Below, in pieces: positions 39,096 to 49,944 of a stretch of 64,000 nt of DNA; within the stretch, counting starts at the first letter, position 1; each line of letters starts with the position of its first letter. This stretch comes from Octopus bimaculoides (Eukaryota). The notes beneath the pieces are model-generated. The model saw only the letters and a list, made by a program, of their open reading frames with translations. It searched no databases and was not told the origin of the DNA. A program made the translations under genes and the position numbers. The DNA lies in NCBI RefSeq assembly GCF_001194135.2, contig NC_068990.1:65335214-65399213 (forward strand), in the 5' to 3' direction.

Positions 39096-39699
39096 TATAA
39101 TGAAAAAAAAACAAACAAGTATGAACTTGGTATTCCTGTATTTCATCTGTTACATATACTTCTGTATTTTGTAACTGATTAACTATTTGGTAATTAATTA
39201 ATGATGTCACATTATAAATGTAATTCATACATGCAACACATAAGCACAGTATATATATTCATACTGTACAAGTCCTCAGACTGAGTCGAAATACAGAGAT
39301 TGCACATGCAACCATCTTATATAAACACCCCAGAGATAGGAGACCGAGGTCAGTGAGAAGGGAGAACAAGGGAAGAAAGAATGGGATTTAGGTCTTCCAT
39401 AACAAGTGTGTAATGGTATAGATAACAATGTGGAGTTAGTCCTCAAACAGAACGTGAAGGCATAGGTCAAGTTGTTTGATCTTACTGGAAGAAAGCCAGA
39501 CAAGTTGTATGCATAGATATTGTATCTAGATAAGCAGGCTGAGAGGGCATTGTGGAAAGGATTATCAATCACCACGCTGACATGCATCATCATTGACACA
39601 CACCAAGCATATATACCCATGTATACACATACATAGACAGAAACCCACATGCATACCTACATATGCATATACATAAATATATAGAGAATTTACATGTAC

Positions 39700-39707
39700 A
39701 TATATAA

Positions 39708-39744
<37 letters not shown>

Positions 39745-39863
39745 TGCATACACACATATGTACACACAGATATACATACACAGGCATGTATAACTATATA
39801 TACAAATACATTCATTCTATATATACATACATACATACATACATACTTAATACATACATATAT

Positions 39864-39954
<91 letters not shown>

Positions 39955-40169
39955 AGTCCACATACATGAGTATATACACATATACACAATGGTGCATATG
40001 TATATACCTGTATGTATAAGCAAACTCAAATACAAACCCAAACACACACAATGAAGCTAATATTTTACACAAATGTGTGTAGATTCATGCAAATGTACAT
40101 GAGCAGATATCCAGACATGAATACGCATACACACACACATGAGTGCGCAACGCGCGCGCGCGCACACAC

Positions 40170-40219
<50 letters not shown>
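39700..40219 (+). repeat. Compound (CA)n/(TA)n/(TACA)n microsatellite block ending in an N gap
   Basis: Direct inspection. Confidence 0.95.
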
Positions 40220-41234
40220 NNNNNNNNNNNNNNNNNNNNNNNNNNNNNNNNNNNNNNNNNNNNNNNNNNNNNNNNNNNNNNNNNNNNNNNNNNNNNNNNN
40301 NNNNNNNNNNNNNNNNNNNNNNNNNNNNNNNNNNNNNNNNNNNNNNNNNNNNNNNNNNNNNNNNNNNNNNNNNNNNNNNNNNNNNNNNNNNNNNNNNNNN
40401 NNNNNNNNNNNNNNNNNNNNNNNNNNNNNNNNNNNNNNNNNNNNNNNNNNNNNNNNNNNNNNNNNNNNNNNNNNNNNNNNNNNNNNNNNNNNNNNNNNNN
40501 NNNNNNNNNNNNNNNNNNNNNNNNNNNNNNNNNNNNNNNNNNNNNNNNNNNNNNNNNNNNNNNNNNNNNNNNNNNNNNNNNNNNNNNNNNNNNNNNNNNN
40601 NNNNNNNNNNNNNNNNNNNNNNNNNNNNNNNNNNNNNNNNNNNNNNNNNNNNNNNNNNNNNNNNNNNNNNNNNNNNNNNNNNNNNNNNNNNNNNNNNNNN
40701 NNNNNNNNNNNNNNNNNNNNNNNNNNNNNNNNNNNNNNNNNNNNNNNNNNNNNNNNNNNNNNNNNNNNNNNNNNNNNNNNNNNNNNNNNNNNNNNNNNNN
40801 NNNNNNNNNNNNNNNNNNNNNNNNNNNNNNNNNNNNNNNNNNNNNNNNNNNNNNNNNNNNNNNNNNNNNNNNNNNNNNNNNNNNNNNNNNNNNNNNNNNN
40901 NNNNNNNNNNNNNNNNNNNNNNNNNNNNNNNNNNNNNNNNNNNNNNNNNNNNCGAGAAAAAATAATTTCTGGAGATATCATTGACTCTATTATTATCTAG
41001 TGTAACAATTTAAAAATGATAATATTATAATTAATAATATAGGCGATTGCAGCCCCCTGCTGAAAAGCATTAAATAGCAGAAGGATTAAAATTAATCAAA
41101 GGACACACTAAGTATGTCTATCTGCTGGAAATGACGGTCAAAACTTATTTAAATTGCCAAAATACACTGATGATAACTACAGAAATCAACTATCCGAAGG
41201 CAAATGGGCTAAGACAAAATTTATATGTATATGT

Positions 41235-41475
41235 ATATACTTATGTGTGTGTGTCTTTGTGTTTATGTTTGTCCCACACCAATGTATGAAAACCAGTGCT
41301 GGTGTGTCTGTATCCTTATAACTTAGTGGTTCAGCAAAAGAGGCCAATAGAATAAATACCAGGATTTAAAAAAAGTCAAATAAGTACTGGGGTTGATTCA
41401 TTTGACAAAAAATTCTTCAAGTCGGTGCCCCAGCATGGCCACAGTCTTATTAGTAAAACATGTAAAAGATATAAG
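41235..41475 (+). mobile_element. SINE 3' body
   Basis: Same tail family as 36705-36940. Confidence 0.75.
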
Positions 41476-41739
41476 GTAAAAAATGCCTGGATCCAGTAAG
41501 GATTTCAGTATTGTTGATGGTGGTTGTTGTGCCTTTCAATAGATGAGCGTGGTTGCAGGTGGGTGCTGTTGACAGTGGCAGGGAGAGGCTGTTGTAGTAG
41601 CAGCAACATCTAAGGTTTCCATATGTGAAGTATGCCCCTCCCCTCTCTCTCTCTCTATGTATGTGTATATAATCATCATCATCATCATCACTGTTTAACA
41701 GTCATTTTACACACACACACACACACACGCACACACATT

Positions 41740-41932
41740 CATATACTCTTTTACTCTTTTACTTGTTTCAGTCATTTGACTGCGGCCATGCTGGAGCACA
41801 GTCTTTAGTCGAGCAAATCGACCCCAGGATTTATTTTTTGTAAGCCTAGTAGTTATTCTATCGGTCTCTTTTGCCGAACCGGTTGTCAAGCGATGTTGGG
41901 GGACAAACACAGGCACACAAACACATACACAC
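41740..41932 (-). mobile_element. SINE 3' body (young, CpG-rich)
   Basis: ctcttttacttgtttcagtcatttgactgcggccatgctggagcac...tcgagcaaatcgacccc...ttttgccgaacc. Confidence 0.8.
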
Positions 41933-42889
41933 NNNNNNNNNNNNNNNNNNNNNNNNNNNNNNNNNNNNNNNNNNNNNNNNNNNNNNNNNNNNNNNNNNNN
42001 NNNNNNNNNNNNNNNNNNNNNNNNNNNNNNNNNNNNNNNNNNNNNNNNNNNNNNNNNNNNNNNNNNNNNNNNNNNNNNNNNNNNNNNNNNNNNNNNNNNN
42101 NNNNNNNNNNNNNNNNNNNNNNNNNNNNNNNNNNNNNNNNNNNNNNNNNNNNNNNNNNNNNNNNNNNNNNNNNNNNNNNNNNNNNNNNNNNNNNNNNNNN
42201 NNNNNNNNNNNNNNNNNNNNNNNNNNNNNNNNNNNNNNNATATATATACACACACATATCTTACCAAAAACTCCCTCAACTTCCATATTTTCCTTTCCAA
42301 ATTGTTTTGTGACTCAAGTTCTGATGACTTTGATCACTAGCCTCTGTTGGAAAACAATTGAATCATCAAGGATAATGACTGGGATGCAGAGAATATGAGG
42401 AAGGACTTAATATTCACAAGCAGTCATCTATTCTACATCCAGGTGGATAAAAAGTTTGTTTGACTAGTAGGTGATCATGCCAAAATACACTGATGATAAC
42501 TATGATGGTAGGTGATCATGAGGTGATGTAACTGATTAGATCATCTGCATCCCCAAAACTTTAAAAGTCTCGATCCTTTCTAATTCCTCATACAGTATGT
42601 ATAGCTTCCATATCCATGGAACTAACTATCATGTTGTCACTCAATATGTCCAGCCATGATAATGAGGTCACTACCATTCATTATTGAGATAGTCTGCCAA
42701 AGGGCCTCAAAGAAAAGATACTTTTCTTTCATTTGTCAGTTTGCATTTTTTAATAGCACGGTCTGTATGCAAAGATCATACTGCAGCATGCTCAATTCAG
42801 CAATTGTCCTCTTCTCTATGAAATGTTTTAGTTGATATTTTTGACTTGAATAGTTGCAAAATTATCATCAATCTGAATAGATCCAATTT

Positions 42890-43760
42890 ACTAGCCAAAG
42901 CACGAAGCTGTTGTTTTTATGAAATTCAAACAATCTTTTAACACCATGAAGGCCAACATATCTTTCCATGCTTGATAGTCTAAGCCAATAAAATCAATAT
43001 GAAATTTAATACATCAAAATTTCAGGTTATTCATTATGGAGGGAATACACACAAATCACAATATTTGACACCAGATAACATGATGATTCAGAGTGCTAAT
43101 GACACACAGTACTTCAGAGTAATGCATCTTTCATTACCAAACTGACTTCTAAATGCAGACATCTCATAGGATGGATCCTACAGACCTTCATGGCAAGAGA
43201 ACTGGTAGTTTTATGCTAACTCTATGGAAAACCCTAGTTCTGGGCAGAGCAGATTACTGCTTACAGCTTTGGTTTCCTAAATCATTTGGTCTCATCAAAG
43301 AAATTGAAGGTTTACAAAGAATGCTCATCAGTAAATTACCTTCAGTTAAAAGCCTTAATTACTGGGAATATCTGAAAGCTTTACATCGCTACTCTCTTGA
43401 ATGCCATAGAAAGATATATACAATCATATACATATGGAAAATTCTGGAAGGGCATGTTCCAAAACTTTAGCATTACAGAGAACTTTAATGCACAAGCTAG
43501 CAGACACTGTCAGCTTCCAAATATAGCACCTTTAAAATCATGAGCAAAAGCACTATTTACCAATCTGATATTTAAAGGTCTTCAACTGTTTAACTGCTCA
43601 CCTAAAGAAATCAGAAATATAAAAGGGACTGCTATTGAAACATTAAAAAATACATTGGATAAACTCTTAACAATGATACCAGACTATCCAACCATTCAAG
43701 GATACATTCAGGGAAGGTTGGCTGTGACAAACTCAATCATAGACCAACATTATAAAGTGA
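42890..43760 (+). mobile_element. CR1/Jockey-like LINE, RT C-terminal fragment
   Basis: MKFNTSKFQVIHYG, LWKTLVLGRADYCLQLW.P..IKEIEGLQR, LNYWEYLKAL..YSLE..IIYIWKILEG.VP, IPDYPTIQGY..NSIIDQ. Confidence 0.8.
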
Positions 43761-44490
43761 TAAAACCAATAGAAAATAAGTTAAGGCAATGCTCTGGGAT
43801 GGCTGCAGTCCAACAAATGAAAACATTAAAAGAATAAGAGAAAAGTAAAGAATGCCATAGCTGAATCATATCTTGTAAAAGATTTCCTTAAGATATTGAA
43901 AGAAGTTGTCCTTTATACCCATAGGAATGAACAGTTACAGAATATACAGAGAAAATATTGACAAAAATCCCTTTTTGAATATAAACTTTATAATGCCAAA
44001 TATTGGGAAACAGAAATCAGCACTGTCAGCATACTGAACAATTCATTACATGGCATGAAGCCAGTTCCATGTTTGGGTCTAACACCATTAGCATGTCTTC
44101 TCCAAAAATGAAAATGAGTGCATATACAATATTCTAAATCACATATAAAATACCAGTATGTATAACAATCATAATGTATATATAGTTGTAGTACCGTATA
44201 AGTTGTAATAAGCTTAAAAAACAAAAACTTTGCTTAGAATGCCAGTAGATTGCCTCATGCAGTGTTTTAACCTGATTTGAACTGTACTGGAGTAAATGAA
44301 TATGCGAGACATTCTAAGCTAAGCCAGACATGTTTGTTCTGATAAAGAAGTCTGCAAACAAAACATTTACTGATTTGTGCTAAACACGCTAAACTAGAAT
44401 TAAATTAATATATGCACTCGAAATAGCATTAGATTAAAATATTAGTGTGCATAACATTTATAATGTAAATCAAAGTAAAGATGTACTTAC

Positions 44491-44694
44491 CAGATATAAA
44501 TAGGACTTGTTTGAAATCTTTGTATTGGATAATCCTTGAAGTGTTTTTATCCGCAAATTGTATTATTGCATCCCGTTTATTATCAGGGTCATTATATTCA
44601 TATTCTAGTATTGAAAATTTTCCATTTTCATCATTTATTTCAACTATTGACTGAAAAGCATTTTTAAAAATATCTCTGTCAAATATTTGTTTAT
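44491..44694 (-). CDS. Coding exon 2: (D)KQIFDRDIFKNAFQSIVEINDENGKFSILEYEYNDPDNKRDAIIQFADKNTSRIIQYKDFKQVLFIS
   Basis: Acceptor atatttgttttcag|, donor TCTG|gtaagt, 204 nt, phase 1/1. Lies within track ORF 44429..44704. Confidence 0.9.
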
Positions 44695-44984
44695 CTGAAA
44701 ACAAATATTAAATGGAACACCTCAGTATAAAGCAAAGGGTTTAGCTTTTAATGCATTAAAAAAATCGATGTGACTAGGAAAGGAAAATAAAATATAAGGT
44801 CTGTGTTGTACTTGATAGAGCACGACTGAATATGGCAGAAAAACAAGAGAACATTTTTATGATAAAAAAACATTCTAGATAATAATTTACAAGTTGTTTG
44901 AAAGTAAGTGAGAAACTACTATATTGAGACAATGTACATAATTAAATGTTTCACAATTCACTTCTGTTACAAATTCCAAAAAAT

Positions 44985-45680
44985 CTTTGGCCTGGCAGTG
45001 CTACTGAGGGATATTGCTGGTTTGAAAGTGCTATCAGCTGGGCTTGCCCGAGATGTGTGCAGAGTGACAAAGCTGTTCTGTACACTCTTGTTCAGTGCCT
45101 AAGCATTACTGACTTCTAAGGTTTTGTTGAACACCTGCTAGGATGGATTTGACTCTTAACTGAGTCCCTTGTAAAGACTGTCCCACTGCTTTCCTTTGGA
45201 TGGGAAGGGCAGGCAGTGTTTCTTTGTCTGGTAGCCTTAGCAAAATAGGTTGTGTGGTGGACCAGATTGAAAGGGCTGAAGATAGATACTTAACTCTTTG
45301 GTCAAACCCTCATCGATTTTTCAAGTTTCACTTAAAAAGGAAAGCGAGGGTTGAGAGGGAAATGCTGCCTCCCAGTAATTTTGTTAAAAGATGGGTGAAT
45401 GTTGCAAGAAGGGTCTGAGTGAATGGCCCTACTTTAAGCATGCACCTGTAGGTTGAAGGAGGATGTAGAGAGGGAACTTGCCATAGTGGTCAGGGTAAAT
45501 CTAGTTTTGTGGGATCTCCATGAGCAGCCTCAAGAATTTTCCCGCTTTTAGGGAATTATTCATTGTTATAACTTTATATTGTTAAACTTTTTTACTTTTA
45601 ATGCCTTTTATGTAACCCTACATTGTATCGTCTTGTACCATCCCCAATGTTTTTTGTGAATCCTTAGTGGTAAAGAAAGA
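44985..45680 (+). mobile_element. Tx1/L1-like LINE 3' fragment (zf-RVT, C-terminus and 3' UTR)
   Basis: AWQCY..CPRCVQSD..LVQC and VWWTRLKGL..GQTLIDFFKFHLKRKARVERE are homologous to the 8075-8552 frames. Confidence 0.7.
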
Positions 45681-45807
45681 AGACATTATTATTTTGCTGA
45701 CCTTGCTTTGGGTCAATAATATAAATATCAGTTGAACACAGGGGTTGATGTAATCAACTTACTTCATCTCCCAAACTTTCTGGTCTTGTGCCAAAATATG
45801 AAACCAT

Positions 45808-45809
45808 CA

Positions 45810-45904
<95 letters not shown>

Positions 45905-45925
45905 AATGTTGTTGCTGTTGTTGTT
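45808..45925 (+). repeat. (CAT)(TAT)n(TGT)n compound microsatellite
   Basis: Direct inspection. Confidence 0.95.
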
Positions 45926-45929
45926 GAAA

Positions 45930-46145
45930 GCAGCAAGCTGGCAGAATTGTTAGCATGCTGGATGGAATGCTTAGCAGTATTTTGCCATTGCTACGTTCTG
46001 AGTTTAAATTCCAACAAGGTCGACTTTGCCTCTTATCCTTTTGGGTCAATAAATTAAATACCAGTTGAGTACTGAGGTTGATGCAATCGACTTGGCTTCT
46101 ACCCCCAAATCTCAGGCCTTGTGCCTATAGTAGAAAGGATTGTTA
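45930..46145 (+). mobile_element. SINE
   Basis: ggcagaattgttagcatgc...ttctgagtttaaattcc...gtcgactttgcc...caggccttgtgcctatagtagaaaggatt. Confidence 0.75.
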
Positions 46146-46199
46146 TTGTTATAATCTGCATGTTTGTTGCAATCACTTGTTGAAACACACCTAACACCC

Positions 46200-47325
46200 T
46201 AGGGCAAGTGAAGGATAAGAGATATTACAGTAAAACTGAAAGCTTGGGGAGGGGAAGTGGAAGGGGAAGTTAACTGGAATCTTACAGAGCTCCAATGCCT
46301 GGACAGGAAGGCAAGAAAACTGCTAACATCTAAGAACATCCACCACCCAAAGCAGACGTTGATCATATGTACCTACCTAGAAGTAATGGGGGAAGAAGAA
46401 TGATGCAGGTAGAACTGTGCTATAAGACCTCCACAATAGCAATGAACAGGTACTTAACTAGTACAGAGGACTGGATGCTGTGGTTTGTGTGCAAACAAAA
46501 AAGCAGCAAAAGATCACATTCTATTGTCAAGGAAGCTTGCAAATTCACAAGGGCACTTGGCGTTAAGCCTGAGTTAGCTGAAGAACGTGAAACCACTGCC
46601 ACAAAACAAGCAAAACGGATCAAGCAGACTGTATAGAAGAACTGGCAGAAACAAATTGAGGAGCAGTGGATCCAGAAGCCTCTGTATAGACAGTATATAC
46701 TTCGAAGTTGAAGTGCTTATGTAGACCAAGCAACAACCCATCAGTGGCTGAGAAGTTCAGGACTGAAGGCTTCATATTGGCAGCACAAGATCAAAGCTTG
46801 CTTACCAGAAACTACTGGGTTAACATTCTTCAAAACAGTTCTGACCCTAAATGCAGATTCTGTGACACATTTGATGAAAAAAATAGACCATCTCATTTCA
46901 GGATGTCCTGTGCTGACACCAAACGAATACAAAACTTTCCACGATAGGGCAGGACAGTATTTACATTGGAAAATCTTGTAAACACTATAAAATCAGCACT
47001 CCTACTTACTGGTATGAACATCATCCTGAGCCAGTCATTGAAGGTGAAAATGTTAATATCCTCTGGGATTTTCCAGTCAAGACTGACAGAATGATCCAGG
47101 ATAATCGACCAGACACAATTATTGCAATGATGAGATTGAAACACTGAACCACCTAATCTCTGGGTGTAAAGTTCTAGTACCTATACAGTATAAATCAAGA
47201 CACGACAGAGTTGGCCAATATCTACACTGGTTAATATGTCAGCATTATAAAATGAAATCTGCTGACAAATAGTACAAGCACCACCCTGTAACAATTCTGT
47301 GGGACTTTCCAGTACATACAGACCT
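46200..47325 (+). mobile_element. Dong/R4-type non-LTR retrotransposon fragment (post-RT region plus restriction-like endonuclease)
   Basis: HPKADVDHMYLPRSNGGR, TEGFILAAQDQSLLTRNY, KCRFC..HLISGC, WYEHHPEPV..ILWDFPV.TDR.I..NRPD. A second partial copy of the RHD..LHW..ILWDFPVHTD block lies at ~47190-47325. Confidence 0.82.
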
Positions 47326-47669
47326 GTGGTTGGCTTGTGGATATAATAGAAGACACTTGCCCAAGATACCATGTAGTTGGGAAGCAAGCTTCTTACCACA
47401 CAGCCATACCAGTGCCTTTTCATTAAAATTTTTGGTGATTTGAATGCTGGCTGTATTTATCATTTTAAGATATGTGACGAAGATGAAAACTATTCATAAA
47501 ATAAGTTAGATTTTATATGTAATTTAATGTCTCTGCCCAATCATTTTAAACATTATTTAGCATTTTCCCAACTGCCACAAGCTCCTGTACCAAAACATTT
47601 TTCAGAGTAAGTTTTCGGCAAGTTATAACATCCTTATTAGATATCACAAATACATTTAATAAAACTTAC

Positions 47670-47745
47670 CATCATTCATGGGCTCAGAAAGTTGTCCCAA
47701 CACTTGTGTTAAAGTTAAGCAACCAATAAGTATCGTATGAAGCAT
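47670..47745 (-). CDS. Coding exon 1, signal peptide: MLHTILIGCLTLTQVLGQLSEPMND
   Basis: ATG at 47745-47743 in AAAATG context, hydrophobic stretch ending VLG-Q, donor GATG|gtaagt. Acceptor ttatcttttcag| at 47765/47766 implies an upstream exon. Confidence 0.85.
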
Positions 47746-49689
47746 TTTTATTCCTTTTTCATTTACTGAAAAGATAATTTATAACATGAAAATTTCATTT
47801 GGCAATAAAATCCAGAATTAATAAATTTACTTGAATAACATCAATTGACTACAGTACAAAGTGCCATGAATGAGCCATGCTAGGAACATCATTATGAGAA
47901 CATATTCAAAATGAGATAATACAAGAATAGAGAGGAATGAGTGATGTGATTGCAGAGTACCAAAAGCACAAGTTCTGCTGGGCCAGGCATGTCACAAGAT
48001 TCACAGACAACAGGTGGACCTGTGCAGTTGCCAAGAGACATCCAAGGGATTAGAAAAGGCCTCCATGAGAGTGGGAAGATGATGTAACCATGCAATTTGG
48101 ATCAAGATGGAAAAGAATAGTGCAACCAAAACAAAATTGGAAGCACGTTGTGACCAGTGGTGTACAACAGTACCTGATGGTCTGGTCATTAATGTGATAC
48201 TGTGATACTTGAATAATATGGCAAAATTACTGTTTTGTCTTTCTCACCCAAATGCACTCTTCACATTAAATCCTGTAAAAATAGATTCTGTGACAGAGAA
48301 TAAAATCACTTTTATTAGAACATTAAAAACAAATAATCAACTACGAAATTTATTTGGAATCTAGTAAAAAGTAAAGGCTGTTAATGAGAATTAATGAAAT
48401 GTGCTGATTCACACATATGCTAGAGAGAATTCCCACTTTTCATTAGAGCCAATGACATTTCTATTTATTTGAATGCCAATAAAAGCGTATCACTACAAGC
48501 CATTACACAATCATTATATTGAAGGGTGAAAGGTCAAAATTTTGAGTAAACTTTGTGGATCATTCAAGCATCTCATTAGTTTCTCTTTTACTCTTGGTCT
48601 GTACTTGATAACCACCACCAAAGCCACCACCACCACTGCTACCATCACATCAACAGAAATAACCACAAAAGGGATATTATTTAAGGACATATTTATAGCA
48701 AAGGTCAAAAGCAGATTTTATGCTAGTCTTATCAACAAAATAAGCTGGTACAAAGTACTGTATCACTCAACATAGAGTAGTGATTAGTACAACAGGATAA
48801 GAATTACACAGAAGAGATAGTGGACAAACTAGAAAAAAAAGTAAAGGAAATAGAAAAATTTCTTTTCTGTGCATGATGCCAACAATGAGGAATGGGGGGA
48901 GATAGATAATTATGATGTAGAAAACAATTAGGAATTTCTATGAGACAATTTGTAATGAGATCCAGATCAAAGAATGGGAGAAAAGGGAAGTAATTAATGA
49001 TATCTGACAAAAAAAAAAAAGCACAGATACGAAGTATACTTAACAATGATAGAAACTGAAAGTTAGAGAGTTGCCAGTCTTCTATGTCATGGGAATCAGA
49101 TGCTTGAGATGTTCCATTGAAAAAGGATGTATGATAGTGTGGTATGTCTGGTGGGTATGTGAGTCAGTGTGTGAATGGTATAACATTACCATGCAAACAT
49201 TTAATAGTGACTTTTATTTCACTGCACAAGTAAAATTGAAGCTGGTCATGTATTATAAAGTTCCACAAGAAGCCAACACAACTGAAGAAATAATTCAGTA
49301 GCATTCATATCCAGGTTGAGTGGGAATCATTAAAATGACTATTATATTGGCAAGAGAGTGTGTGGAGCTGGTCTGCAGGTTACCACACACTCTGAAAATT
49401 GGCGTGAAAAACAAGTTTTTATATAACCCTTGTACTGGGATGTTCCAGAAGAATCTAAAAGAACCTATCACATGAAGTCTGGCTACTGATTGGTCAATAA
49501 CTAGACCCCTCATGTGAACAAAGTTGTGCTATGTTGTGATTTAAATTTCATAATTTGATGACTCAGTTTTGAGTCTTGCTACAATAATCATACTGAGAAG
49601 AGAGGCAAAGGAATTCAGTTGTGAATGAGTAGGCATAGGAGCAGTTATGAATGAGTAACATATAAGGAGGGAGAGGAACTGCCTTAAAT

Positions 49690-49940
49690 AGATCCAGCAT
49701 GTGGGGATCAACCCTTTCATGAGCTTTCATGGGCATTTGGTCTTGTTAGCCTTTTATAAGTGCCTCAGCAAATTGGCATCATAGTACTCTCCATTGATAG
49801 TGTGGCCCTTTTGAAGATAGTCAATGAATGCAGTGCCTTTTGATTCCAAAAAAACTGAGGCCATCACCTTCCCTGCAGATGAAATGACCTTGGCCTGCTG
49901 TTGATGATATTTTTGAGCAACAGGATGAAAGCTAATGGAA
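49690..49940 (-). mobile_element. Mariner transposase fragment
   Basis: SAGKVMASVFLESKGTAFIDYLQKGHTINGEYY..NLL. Confidence 0.8.
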
Positions 49941-49944
49941 AATA

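Larger units (their letters stand above)
235..47765 (-). other. Multi-exon gene (3'-partial) for a secreted or membrane-anchored glycoprotein with tandem ependymin/LolA-like domains
   Basis: 11 exons joined by GT-AG introns with matching phases (1,1,0,1,0,0,1,0,0,0, then 1 to an exon outside the window). Joined CDS is 76+204+137+103+149+117+118+173+108+75+115 = 1375 nt with no stop. The family assignment rests on motif recall, not a search. Confidence 0.88.

Noticed and set aside
6492-42398. Track ORFs with long X runs (e.g. 20012..20563, 40012..40965, 41707..42300)
   Set aside because: They are artefacts of reading through N gaps. Only the real part of 20150..20686 is coding (exon 6).
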